A stretch of DNA of 62,978 nt, counting the filler, from Octopus bimaculoides (taxonomy: Eukaryota): the NCBI RefSeq assembly GCF_001194135.2. It is 5 parts of 5 records of this genome, joined end to end, with 100 filler letters (N's around TTAATTAATTAA, not from the genome) between each part and the next. Parts side by side here need not be neighbours in the genome. Positions count along the whole stretch, not along the records: positions 1 to 19,962 come from NC_068987.1; positions 20,063 to 38,422 come from NC_068991.1; 3 more parts are not named here. One strand, 5' to 3'. The notes beneath the pieces are model-generated. The model was not told where the DNA came from and did not search any database. It saw only the letters and a list, made by a program, of their open reading frames with translations. The position numbers and the translations under genes are program-made. Below, piece after piece: positions 11,737-24,112 of the stretch. Numbering within the stretch: the first letter of the stretch is position 1; every line of letters starts with the position of its first letter.

Positions 11737-12679
11737 NNNNNNNNNNNNNNNNNNNNNNNNNNNNNNNNNNNNNNNNNNNNNNNNNNNNNNNNNNNNNNNN
11801 NNNNNNNNNNNNNNNNNNNNNNNNNNNNNNNNNNNNNNNNNNNNNNNNNNNNNNNNNNNNNNNNNNNNNNNNNNNNNNNNNNNNNNNNNNNNNNNNNNNN
11901 NNNNNNNNNNNNNNNNNNNNNNNNNNNNNNNNNNNNNNNNNNNNNNNNNNNNNNNNNNNNNNNNNNNNNNNNNNNNNNNNNNNNNNNNNNNNNNNNNNNN
12001 NNNNNNNNNNNNNNNNNNNNNNNNNNNNNNNNNNNNNNNNNNNNNNNNNNNNNNNNNNNNNNNNNNNNNNNNNNNNNNNNNNNNNNNNNNNNNNNNNNNN
12101 NNNNNNNNNNTATATATATATATATATATGTCGATGGTACAAAGAATAGAATAGAAGTCGATATTCAACTCAGAGCATATATATATTTCTTGATCATTTA
12201 GCTGTAAATTTGGACAAGTGACTCAAAGGCTAAGCGGTTGGTTCAATTATCAAAAGTTTGATTGGTACAATACACAAAAATTCAAAGTCTTGCGTCACTT
12301 ATGTAAATTTTGGAGTCACACTGATACACAAATACCCACATATATTTAAAAACATACACACAAGCCATGTACTACAACAGCATACACACATACATATATA
12401 AAGAGAGAGAATACTAGAATAAGAGACGGAGAGACGGAGAAGAAAAAAAATGTTCCATTTATTTAAGTTCTGAGATCAAGTCACGATGTCGACTACTTTG
12501 CTTTTCAATTCTTAGAGGTCGTTAAAATAAAATGCTAGTCTAGCATTGAGAGTTGATCGTATTGACTAACCCCTCCCCTCAAGACTCATGACCTCCTGCC
12601 TAAATCAGAAATATTTATCAAAGTATATATGTAATTTATGTGTATATTACGCATGATACATACATGCATACATACACAC

Positions 12680-12715
<36 letters not shown>

Positions 12716-12878
12716 ATANNNNNNNNNNNNNNNNNNNNNNNNNNNNNNNNNNNNNNNNNNNNNNNNNNNNNNNNNNNNNNNNNNNNNNNNNNNNNNNNNN
12801 NNNNNNNNNNNNNNNNNNNNNNNNNNNNNNNNNNNNNNNNNNNNNNNNNNNNNNNNNNNNNNNNNNATATATATATAC

Positions 12879-12909
<31 letters not shown>

Positions 12910-13250
12910 CATTTCGAGGAGAAACAAGATAGAGAGCGAGAGGGTAGAGGGAGAGAGAGAGAGAGAAAGAGAGAGACGCAGAGGCGTATATAGATATATA
13001 TATACTACATACAAAAGTGAATGTGAACGATATCCTGATGTATTGATTCAAATAGATCTAAAGATGCGTGTAGGAGTGGTTGTTTCTGTGCGTGGCGTCG
13101 GATAAATATATTATTCATTGAAGGTCACATGTACCTTAAACACGATGTGCGTGATGATGCGTCTGCGGGGAAACAAGTTTCAACAGTGTTTGATGTAATA
13201 AAATTTGATTTGTTCTGCTATTAGAATGTGCCCAATATATATATATATAC

Positions 13251-13284
<34 letters not shown>

Positions 13285-13309
13285 GTGTATGCATGTATGT
13301 ATTATCTAG

Positions 13310-13346
<37 letters not shown>

Positions 13347-13391
13347 CATATGAATATACACATGTATACATATATGTAATATATGTATAGA

Positions 13392-14274
13392 CGAGGACTG
13401 ATCAATAAGTATCCGGACTGTTGCCATACTAACGATGCTAAAGCACGCAGGGTAGAGCCACTTGACACAGATTGACCCTGACGTCTGCTATGCATGTGCA
13501 CTAAGTTTTAATGTTCTGGTTCACTTCTGCTGTTTAAAGCAGCGCTTGGAAGGAACATGTGTAGCATGTGATCGTCGCATTGACCAGGAGAGAGAAAGTG
13601 CTTAGAGGCCTACGCAATGTTGCAGAAAGTGTATGAGAATGAATATACGAGCTGCGCACAAGTGTACGAGTGGTTCAGACGTTTCCAAGATGGCCGAAAA
13701 AATGTCGATATTGACGAACGTTCTGAGAAAACCTCAACCAGCAGAACTGAGAAAAGCATCGCGGATGTGCGTGCAGCTGTGTGGGGAAATCGTCGAATCG
13801 CAATCCGTAAGTTAGCAGAGGATGTGCAGATTAGTTACGATTCAGTTCAGTTCAGTTCATTATCACTGAAAATTTGGGTATGAGACGCGTATCTGGCAAG
13901 TTTGTGCTCAAACTACTTTCAGCTGAGCAAAAAGACACTCGAGTTTCAGTTGAGCAAGATCTCTTTGATTGTGTCGAGAAGGATGAAAAATTATAGAAAC
14001 TTTGCTTTGGCCTCAGAGAAGATATAGCCAAGCTTTTGGCAAATCGTGATGCTGATTCTCTGCTCAACTTTCTCTGTCATGCTCAATGCGACGACCACAC
14101 GCTACACACCTTCCTTCCAAGTACTGCTGTAAATGGCAGAAGTGAGCTAGAACGTTAAAACTTAGTGCACATGCACTGCAGAGTTGAAAGTCAATCTGTG
14201 CCAAGCAGCTTTAATTTGCGTATTTTAGCTTCGTTACTCTGGCAACAGTCCAGATACTTATTGATCAGACCACA
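13392..14274. mobile_element. Non-autonomous mariner derivative made of two inverted 5' ends
   Basis: The left arm starts CGAGGACTGATCAATAAGTATCCGGACTGTTGCCA and the right arm ends TGGCAACAGTCCAGATACTTATTGATCAGACCACA followed by TA. The inverted similarity exceeds 200 bp. The left arm encodes LQKVYENEYTSCAQVYEWFRRFQDGRKNVDIDERS...RRIAIRKLAEDVQIS and RRVSGKFVLKLL; the right arm (minus) encodes MTEKVEQRISITICQKLG. Confidence 0.85.
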
Positions 14275-14309
14275 TATATACATCTATAATCAGATAAAGA
14301 GATACACAC

Positions 14310-14360
<51 letters not shown>

Positions 14361-14824
14361 TACACACACACACACATATATATGTATATACACGTGTATA
14401 CATATACATATATAAACTAAATAACCTAAATGCCGGAGTTCTAATAGATTCAAAAATTCAACAGAGAACTCGATAAAATTCCAATAAAATGAAATATCGT
14501 AGAGAAAGAGAAACTGTACCTAAATGGGCATACTGATATAGTTTATGCATTGCAAAAAAATTCCACACTTAACGACAATAAGAAGTAGATTCGATAAAAC
14601 AGTCTGCATACATCTCACAAGTAAAGAGTAAACAACAGCACTTAAGTGGCTCTAAACCGAATCAGTCTGCAGTGATTCTACTGTTATTTCGTTGATTAGC
14701 ATTATATTTAGAAAGCAATTCACAGTGTCATTTGAGCGTCGGTCTAAATTGAACAATTTGCATAAAGGGAAAGAAGACAGCATATTGTTTGTTAAAAAAA
14801 TCAAGAAACAAGCTAGATTATGAC

Positions 14825-15440
14825 TGGGAGAGTGGTTTATTCAAAGAAGCTGTTTTCAGCTTCCAACACGTCCTCATGACGGTTCCAGAACCCGACGCTT
14901 GAGTTCATAACTGTGTCTTTCCGAACACCTCTTTCATATTGGTCTGCAGCTCAACCTTGGTGCTACAAACAGCGGTTGATGTCTCAACCGCGACCCACAC
15001 ATAGTAATCTATGGGATTAAAAACGGGGGAATTAAGACGCTAGAAACTGCGGTTAGTAAAGTCGTAGAAACTCTCAGACAAGAAATACTGACTCTTTCCG
15101 GAAGTATGGCACGGAGCCAAATCAGGCTGCCACACATATGACCTCCTAGCAGCAACCCTGTCCAAACAGAGATTGACCAGTTTCCAGTAGCTTCACATAG
15201 CCATCTGAATTGTGTTTAAGGCCGTGTGTAAAGATGTGTAGGTGAATCCCCGTGTGTGGATGGAGCCAAAATACTTGTCGTGTCCTTTCCTACTGACTAC
15301 GGCTTCTCAGTTTCTGTTGCAGCTGTCCACGTCCCGCCTTACAGCCTTTACAGTATTCAGAGAGCATCGAGCCGCAGTAATAATGCTGGTATTTTGATAC
15401 CCAGAGTAAAACATCGTGATACAAGTAACAGTCTCAATAT
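14825..15440 (-). pseudogene. DD37D (maT/Bmmar1-like) transposase remnant with a large internal deletion
   Basis: Minus strand: N-terminal TVKAVRRDVDSCNRN*EAVVSRKGH...TRGF is joined to NSDGYVKLLE, then YVWQPDLAPCHTSGKSQ...NSPVFNPIDYYVW. I count 37 residues between the second and third catalytic D. Confidence 0.82.
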
Positions 15441-15574
15441 TCAGATGACTTCCCGTCCTTCATATCAACTACCCCTTTCTCAGCAACAACTTTACTCCTT
15501 ATGCTCTCCAACGTTGACTGTTTATGAAGGCACGAAGAAGCGATTCCTGAAAAAAGGAGACGTAAATTAGCCCG

Positions 15575-15594
15575 TACAATCTGTATGTGTGTAT

Positions 15595-15628
<34 letters not shown>

Positions 15629-16030
15629 GCACGCACACACACACACACACACACACGCACACACACATATATATATATACATACATACATATATACATAC
15701 ATATACGCACGCACACACACACACACGCACGCTCACACACACATATATATATACATACATATACGCACGCACACACACAAACATGCACACATACACACAC
15801 GCTTACACACATGCATATAACGGTGCATGTATAATACTCTTGATATATAAACAAACAATTTCTATGTATCGATTTATCTATCTATATATCTATATCTATG
15901 TATCTGCCTATCTACCTATCATTATATATTTATATATCTATACATATATGCATGTGTGTGTGTTTGTGTGTGTGTGTGTGCGTTTATATGTGTGTAGTGA
16001 ACGTATGTGCCTATGTGTATTTGTGTGTTT
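15575..16030. repeat. Long compound CA/TA/TATC/TG microsatellite block
   Basis: Directly visible. It produces the many HT/CV/YI pseudo-ORFs. Confidence 0.95.
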
Positions 16031-16578
16031 ATAGGATGAACGTAATAGAGCTAATTGTTTGACCTTTCATTATCAGTTGTGTACATCGATAGGTGATTAG
16101 CGCCTATTCACTTCAGAAAATTGCCTACCACTATACTAGAAATTTGGTAGCATATAAACTGGGTACAGCATAATAACGAACATCCTTTCAATTACAGACC
16201 TCTTGTTGTGTAGTCCAAGGTCGGTAATCTTCGAACAAACTTGTGGTCAAAAGCATTTTACTGTGTATATACCGCCGCAGTTTCTTCATCTGAGTTATCG
16301 ATTGTGATCTAATTTTTGAAAAAGTTGGATATCATTTTTTAGGGAGATTTAGTCGTTATATTTGACAGATCGATCGAACATTCCGAAGGGACTCCATCGC
16401 TGGTTCTCCACTGTTCCTTGCAATAATGATATTAACTAAACATGTAGTAAAAATTAACACGTATCGCGAGCATGTGAGTGCTGACGTTACGCAAATTTAT
16501 GAAACACATTATGGAACAGTTGCAATAAAATAATCTAGTTATGTACTAAGCTTTTTCTGCCGTTTTTCTCGCCCGCAC

Positions 16579-16635
<57 letters not shown>

Positions 16636-16755
16636 GTATTTTTCTACCCGTAGTGATCTCGTTGATATTACACTTTTAGCCCTATCCATATGCCCTACTA
16701 CTTTTTACTTGTTATTATAATTATAAAAAAGAAAATATTTCTAAAATATTTCACG

Positions 16756-16948
16756 GGCGCAGGTGTAGCTGTGTGATAAGAAATTAGTTTTGTTTCTAAA
16801 CCACATGGTTCCAGATTCGGTCCCACTGCGTGGCATTTTGAGCCCGTGTCTTCTGCTAGAACCTTGGGCCAACGAAACCTTGTGAGGGGACTAGGTAAAC
16901 AGAAACTCAAAAGAAGCCCAATGTATGTGTGTCTGTGTCTGGTTGTGC

Positions 16949-16994
<46 letters not shown>

Positions 16995-17230
16995 TTGTGT
17001 GTGTGTGTGTGTGGTGTCTATGTGTGTTTGTGTCTGTGATTGTCTCCCACCACTGCTTGACAACTGGTGTTGTTTGTTGCATCCCTGCGACATAGCAGTT
17101 TGGCCAAAGACTGATAAAATAGGCTTTAAAACAATAAGTATTGGGATCGAATTGTTCGACTAAAAATTCATCAAAGTGGTGCTTCAGCATGGCCGTAGTC
17201 TAATGACTGAAGCAAGTAAAAGAATAGAAT
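16756..17230 (+). mobile_element. Full-length SINE family A (tRNA head, internal TA/TG microsatellite, tail 1)
   Basis: Head GGCGCAGGTGTAGCTGTGTGATAAG...GGTTCCAGATTCGGTCCCACTGCGTGGC, an internal (TG)(TA)(TG) tract, and tail CAGCATGGCCGTAGTCTAATGACTGAAGCAAGTAAAAGAATAG. Confidence 0.85.
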
Positions 17231-18045
17231 ATTTAACACAAGTATACTCGGCGCGTATTCTGATGTATTTTTCGTAGCTACTCATATTTTCTAGATAGTC
17301 GGCATCATCTTATAAGATTTATTTCATATAGCAGCCAACGTTTTCAGAATTATTGGCAAATAAATAAAGGCCGACTTAAAATATTCGTTTGCTCATAAAT
17401 TTTCATTCAAATTTCAAATGACGTTAGACCAAAGCCAAATTTCTAGCACAGCTAACACATCAACGTTCCTGATAATGTTTGACACAAATTTTACAATCAA
17501 CACTAATTCACGAGCAGGACAGCGAATTTCCCGCAGTCGCTAGTACATTCCACAGCCTAGTAACTTGCACAGTACAGTATTAATAAACTTGTATCATTTA
17601 TTTTATACTAATGTACAAGTATCTGTAAATTCAGTAAATTTAATATCTGTTTACTTTAAGGCGGCAAGTGGGAGGAGTCGTTAGCATACTTAGCGGCATT
17701 TCGTTCAAAACCTAAATGACCATCTAACAAAGCCAAATTTCAAGTAGTAGTATTTTGTGATATAACTGTAAATTTTCGATACAGATGTCTACTTTCCTTG
17801 TAAAACAGTGTTTCTCATGCATTTTACATTATCTCCTCAGTTCCTTTTAAAATAACACTTTTTCAGCACCCTTTTATACGATGTAACGGCGTCTTCCGTT
17901 TTTAACATACATTGGCGTTATATCTCATCGGAATAATTTAATTCAGGTTAGTAACACGGATGGCTATTTACCAAAGCAACATCCTACCACAAGGTGATTA
18001 ACATAAGCATTGGTGGTCTATATTCCACTTTGTTTATTATTTACT

Positions 18046-18205
18046 AGGCGTGGCAGCGGGATCAAAAAGCTCATTTTGCAACTTTGTAGTTTCAGGTTCA
18101 GTCCCACTGCGTGGCACATTGGACAAGTGTCACCTACTATAACTGCAGGCAGACTAATGTCTTTTGAGTGAATTAAATAGACATAAACTGTGTGGAAACG
18201 CGTTG
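18046..18205 (+). mobile_element. SINE family A, diverged 5' part
   Basis: Contains TCAGGTTCAGTCCCACTGCGTGGCACATTGGACAAGTGTC. Confidence 0.65.
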
Positions 18206-19773
18206 TTGTTGTAAGAAACTTGCTTCCGGTATAGCGTTTGTCAGTTGGATTGTTGGTTTTGTTTGTTATTTAAATCCTCCTCTAACCCCCACTCGTTTTG
18301 TTTTTATTTCGTGGTTTTAAATACAGTCCAAATCTACCATACATTTCTCTTTATGATATCCAACTAATTTGTTAAATACTTCAAAATCAAAATTGCTTAA
18401 ATATGTGTACCAGAAACTTTAGTTAAAAATTAAGGAAATAGATTCTTGGGAGATTTCTTACTATGACAGAATTTTATTCCATTATTCTAATATCTCCTGA
18501 AAGTTATACATATACATGTATAAACGCATATAGAAACATATATAAATGTATACACATACACACNNNNNNNNNNNNNNNNNNNNNNNNNNNNNNNNNNNNN
18601 NNNNNNNNNNNNNNNNNNNNNNNNNNNNNNNNNNNNNNNNNNNNNNNNNNNNNNNNNNNNNNNNNNNNNNNNNNNNNNNNNNNNNNNNNNNNNNNNNNNN
18701 NNNNNNNNNNNNNNNNNNNNNNNNNNNNNNNNNNNNNNNNNNNNNNNNNNNNNNNNNNNNNNNNNNNNNNNNNNNNNNNNNNNNNNNNNNNNNNNNNNNN
18801 NNNNNNNNNNNNNNNNNNNNNNNNNNNNNNNNNNNTGGGAAAATTAATTATTTTTAATGAAATTTTCTACAAATATGCTTCAGATCGTGTAGATTCCGAT
18901 TAAATTGGAATTCATTGTGAAAACCGTTTGTCCTTAAAGGAGTTTCAGAAAATTCACACCATTAGGCCTTGTTGCATACTTATATGTGTGTATTTACGTG
19001 AGTATATATGTAGTTTTAATTATATCTTTATGCACGCACATACACACGTAAACAAACTGGCACACTGTTGCTTACGACGATCACAAGTATTCAAAACTTC
19101 TTCACCACTCTTCCAAATTCATTCTTCCTCTTAAAAAGAAGGCTTTCGCCTACTTGGACTATATTTCGTACCACTGTACGGCTGTCTGTTTGCTAATATT
19201 GTTGATGGACATGCAGCATGTCGCTGCCATTTCACATATAAAGTCCAGGATTATATGAAAAAGTGTGAAGCCTGTCAACTGACTTTTTTCCATAGATGCA
19301 TTAAAGAATTATTTGGAAATTATAAAGAGAAACGAATAGTAGATTCGAACTGTCCGAAAATAAAAAAAATTGTGTATGTGTGTGTTTGGGATTAATTTTT
19401 TTTTTGCATAATCGTATCAATTCCATTATGCAGAAGACAGAATCGAACAACTTTTGTAAAAATTCGTAAAAATAAAAAAAATTATGAGGGGTTTTAGCAC
19501 GTGCTTACATAATAATTCCGCCAATTGGGCGTTCCGCCAATTGATTTTATTGAAGCTTATGTTTAATTTTGTGTTAATTTTTCAGTTAATATATCTTATT
19601 TATTCATCATTGTTTTTCTTTTTTTTTTTATTATTTACACGTTCTGTTAATAGCTGTCTTGTTGTATTTCATCTAGGTCTCTGCTTTATCGGATCATTAG
19701 TAATATATTTATATATTTCATTCACGAAATCCTGGGTTGCTATTTTTCACAAGGGTTTTTGTGGTTTCTTTAC

Positions 19774-19812
<39 letters not shown>

Positions 19813-19844
19813 CTATAGCAATTGCAGCTTCGACATATGAACTA

Positions 19845-19962
19845 TAGAGTTCCGAGGAGGGTGAGGAATTACTTCATGGAAAGTTCCGAGGAAAGGGAGT
19901 AGGGGGAGGAAATGAATCCTGGAAAGTTCCAAGGCAGGGGAGGAGGCGACGAATTACTTCCT
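19845..19962. repeat. G-rich degenerate tandem repeat (~30-42 bp units containing GGAAAGTTCCGAGG and GAATTACTTC)
   Basis: AAGTTCC(G/A)AGG occurs three times and GAATTACTTC twice. The array is truncated by a spacer. Confidence 0.6.
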
Positions 19963-20062
19963 NNNNNNNNNNNNNNNNNNNNNNNNNNNNNNNNNNNNNN
20001 NNNNNNTTAATTAATTAANNNNNNNNNNNNNNNNNNNNNNNNNNNNNNNNNNNNNNNNNNNN
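19963..20062. other. Artificial 100-nt scaffold spacer (44 N, TTAATTAATTAA, 44 N)
   Basis: Identical construct in four places; the 12-mer gives stops in all six frames. Confidence 0.92.
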
Positions 20063-20224
20063 TCGTAAAATTTTCTCCGCCACTTTCTCTCAACTGCGAT
20101 AATTATTAACTCGTAATTGAACAGTAAATGTGTATTTTTATATACTTTGGACTTAGTGTTATCACATTAGAATTAAAAGTGAAAGATTAAAAATGAAACA
20201 CTATTCACTTTTGACACGTAATAC

Positions 20225-20415
20225 CGAACCAGTCTAAAAGATTGCTCCGGGCCCGCATTAGGCAGGAAGTTGAAACTCTTTTTGTTGGCCCCATGACACT
20301 CCATGGACCCTAAGTAATGCAGGTGTAAAATTTGAATGAAATCGGTTGGGTAGTTCTCGAGTTTTAGGGATAGGGATTCACACAAACATGCTCAATTATA
20401 TATATATATATATAT
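20225..20415 (+). mobile_element. Possible non-autonomous Helitron-type element end
   Basis: GTGTAAAATTTGAATGAAATCGGTTGGGTAGTTCTCGAG...ACACAAAC...TTATATATATATAGAAG, similar in style to 5050-5164. Confidence 0.3.
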
Positions 20416-20958
20416 AGAAGAAGTGTGAGATTTTTTAACTTGATAAAAAAATTATAACTTATTCAGGTGCAAAAATTTTAAACTGCAAAGGAATCATGTT
20501 ACCATTTTTTGACTGCATGCTATTTATTCATTTACTTATTTAAACATTTTTTTAATGCACTCATTTTAATTTTCTTTTCGTCGCAATTTTGATGAAATCC
20601 TGCCGAATAATCACGTTGATTTACTTAATTTCCTTTCTTTGTACTTTAACTCTCATCTTGTCATTATCACCTTGTCTGATTTTTACCTATTTTCTGCCAC
20701 TTCCGCTCTCCCCTACAGCATTAAACACCTCTTGCCGACATTAGCACTTGTGATATTCCTTCATCCGGTTCTTTCTGCACTTTATCATATCTTATAAGCT
20801 TTGCCCTCAATTCGGTTTTCCGAATTAGGAATTTTGTCTATCTCTCCGCTGAAAAGAAAATACAACCCACTTCCTCTTCAGCTTCCTCTCTCCCATTCCT
20901 TTCTTTCCTTTCTTTCTTTCCTTTCTTTCTTTCTTTCTTTCTTTCTTTNNNNNNNNNN

Positions 20959-22385
20959 CAATCAAAAGCTTTCGATAGGGTAGACCATCACTACTTGGAA
21001 GCTGTCCTTAAAGTGGCTGGTTTCGATCCCATCTTCCGAGATTGGATTGCTGCGTTATACAGCGGCATCCGCTCGGTAGTTCGCGTAAATGGTCATCTAT
21101 CCAGACCATTTAACATCATGCGTTCAGTTCGTCAAGGATGCCCCCTCTCGTCGTTTCTGTATGTATTGACTCTTGAGCCAATACTGCGGAAACTGGCGAC
21201 GCTGAGGGGCATCCCACGAGAGCTGGGATGCGGGAGGAGCGTGTCTGCATACGCGGACGACGTCACAGTCATAGTGTCGAGTTACAAGCACATCGACCTG
21301 GTCGGCGAGACACTAAAAGAATACGAAGCGGTAGCGGGAGCAAAAGTTAACCGGGAAAAGTCAGTGGGCTTGCGACTCGGCACCTGGAGAAGCAAACCCA
21401 TGTCGTCCAACAGCGTCTCTATTGTGGGACGGTGGACCAATGGACCGGTTAAATTGCTTGGAGTCTGGTTCGATCCGGACCTCCAAATGGAGAAGAACTG
21501 GGGCAAAATAACGACTAGGGTGGCCACTCTCACCCAACAATGAGCCGAGAGGAAGCTATCCCTAAAAGGTTGGGCAGAGGTGGCGAACGCGTACATCGCA
21601 TCCGTCATCAATTACCGTCTGATCGTCATGCCTTGTCCCGACCCGACCATCACCAAACTGGAACGCATACTCTTCCAATTCTTGTGGAAGGGAAGCGTTC
21701 CGATGGTTAGGCGATCCATTTGCTGTCAACATCCGCTAAATGGAGGGCTAGACATGCCGTGGTTGATGATGCGCGGACATGCGCTGAGACTGCGACATCT
21801 ACGGCGCTTCATAGACGACGGTGAACAGGTGTGGTCGCCGTTTGTGCGACGCGCTTTCCCGCAGCTCGTCTCCTTGGCCGAACTGCAGTCGTGGATCAAA
21901 CAGAGACCGAGGCTAGGCGAATGGCACCGCGAGTATCGCGTTGCTCTCAAGCAATTCTGTCGTCCGGGACCGAACTTGTGCGACTTTATTACAACAAAGG
22001 CGTTCTATAGAGGATTAGTGGAGGGGAGGTGCGACGACGTTCTCGGGCAGAATCTGGGCGTCGACGAGGAACACCTGACCCGCCTGTTCAGGACAACTTT
22101 CGGGCCGGGACCTATGGATAATCACCGAAGATCCCTGGCGTGGCAGTGCTATCGAGAAGCATAATCTATCTGTTCAGGATAAGCTCTACAGGCACGGTTC
22201 GAGACACATCGGACCGACTTACCCGAGATGCGGTCAGAGCGACGAAACCGTTCTGCACGCACTCGTGCAGTGTCCAATCATTTCGGATTTGTCGCCATAT
22301 GCTGAACACGGCTGCTGTCACGTGTAGGACGAATCCGCCTTTCGGCCGAGTCTATCGTAAAATTTTCTCCGCCACTTTCTCTCAA
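20959..22385 (+). pseudogene. L1/Tx1-type non-LTR retrotransposon ORF2 fragment (RT domain through the C-terminal CCHC region)
   Basis: SKAFDRVDH, VRQGCPLS, AYADDVT, KVNREKS, VKLLGVWF and RKLSLKG in order. One in-frame TGA at 21541-21543, a TAA plus frameshift at ~22162, then DKLYRHG...PRCGQSDETVLHALVQCP. Much higher GC than the flanks. Confidence 0.92.
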
Positions 22386-23107
22386 CTGCGATAATTATTA
22401 ACTCGTAATTGAACAGTAAATGTGTATTTTTATATACTTTGGACTTAGTGTTATCACATTAGAATTAAAAGTGAAAGATTAAAAATGAAACACTANNNNN
22501 NNNNNNNNNNNNNNNNNNNNNNNNNNNNNNNNNNNNNNNNNNNNNNNNNNNNNNNNNNNNNNNNNNNNNNNNNNNNNNNNNNNNNNNNNNNNNNNNNNNN
22601 NNNNNNNNNNNNNNNNNNNNNNNNNNNNNNNNNNNNNNNNNNNNNNNNNNNNNNNNNNNNNNNNNNNNNNNNNNNNNNNNNNNNNNNNNNNNNNNNNNNN
22701 NNNNNNNNNNNNNNNNNNNNNNNNNNNNNNNNNNNNNNNNNNNNNNNNNNNNNNNNNNNNNNNNNNNNNNNNNNNNNNNNNNNNNNNNNNNNNNNNNNNN
22801 NNNNNNNNNNNNNNNNNNNNNNNNNNNNNNNNNNNNNNNNNNNNNNNNNNNNNNNNNNNNNNNNNNNNNNNNNNNNNNNNNNNNNNNNNNNNNNNNNNNN
22901 NNNNNNNNNNNNNNNNNNNNNNNNNNNNNNNNNNNNNNNNNNNNNNNNNNNNNNNNNNNNNNNNNNNNNNNNNNNNNNNNNNNNNNNNNNNNNNNNNNNN
23001 NNNNNNNNNNNNNNNNNNNNNNNNNNNNNNNNNNNNNNNNNNNNNNNNNNNNNNNNNNNNNNNNNNNNNNNNNNNNNNNNNNNNNNNNNNNNNCTACACT
23101 CTCTCTC

Positions 23108-23153
<46 letters not shown>

Positions 23154-23917
23154 TATCCTTATCGTTTCTTTTCCTCTGATCCTGTCATTACTCACTCCTT
23201 CTTTTGCTTTCCCCACCCTCCCCTAGTTTGCTCATTTTTTTTTTTATCTTCCTCCGCCTCCGCCTCCGCTTATTTTAATCTTTCTTTCTCTCCATCTCTC
23301 TTTCTTCCCTATCTCTTTCATTCTCTCCCTCCTCTCTCTCTCTCTCTGTTTTGTTTCTTTCAACGCCTATCTGGTTAGTAAATTTATAACCATAAGACAC
23401 CTCCAATACAAGGTTAATTTTCTTCCTTCCAGCATCCGACAATCGAAACTTTCCCTAGCGTTTTCCTACCCTGAAATTTTAGACCCCTAATCGTAAAAGT
23501 TTTGCTATTGATGCTTTATGCTTTTGATGCAGTACAGGGGTAATATATTCCGAATTTCTTCAAACCACAATTCATCTTAGTTTAACTCCTTTCTCTCACT
23601 CCAGATTGCTTTATTGCATGTCCCTTTATTTATCTATGAAATTGTTGATTGGTTTCGGTTAAATTTATTATTTTTTTTTATAGCTACTCTCTTCTGATAA
23701 TTGAGTTTTTCAAGGACAGATTTTCAGCTTTATTTGTGAGGGATCAATTTATAATCAAAACTTTTCTTTTTATTACCTTCAAACTGCTTTATTTTTCACT
23801 TTCTATAATTTAGAAACGTAATTGTGTGTTTGTTTGTTTAACCATTCCCACATAAACAATAATATTTCTTAAATCACCGTATACCATCGATATTTTTTTC
23901 TTTTCTGAAAATCCATC

Positions 23918-24112
23918 AGTGAGCTGCAAGAATCGTTACCGCATCAGACAAAATGCTCAGCGGCAGATCTTCCGTTTTTACGCTGCAACTTCAACTGTCG
24001 CCGAAGCTGACTGTACCGTTCAACCTTTCGGTGTTGAGTAAATAAGTACCAGCTATACACTGGGGTCGATGTAATCGACTAACCCCGTCCCTACAAATTT
24101 TCAGACCTTGTT
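23918..24112 (+). mobile_element. SINE family B
   Basis: GTGAGCTGCAAGAATCGTTA...AATGCTCAGCGG...AATAAGTACCAG...GGGGTCGATGTAATCGACTAACCCC. Confidence 0.75.

Noticed and set aside
15256-15570. 104-aa plus-strand ORF, and a strong minus-strand acceptor CTAATTTACGTCTCCTTTTTTCAG near 15545-15570
   Set aside because: It overlaps antisense the N-terminal part and leader of the DD37D transposase remnant. All minus frames after the acceptor close within about 36 codons.
17500-17545. Helitron-like terminus AGCGA...TCGCTAGT
   Set aside because: The 5-bp stem overlaps the CTAG and no other Helitron features are nearby, so chance is likely.
22140-22394. ORF 22140-22394 as an independent gene
   Set aside because: It is an alternative frame over the frameshifted C-terminus of the L1/Tx1 ORF2.
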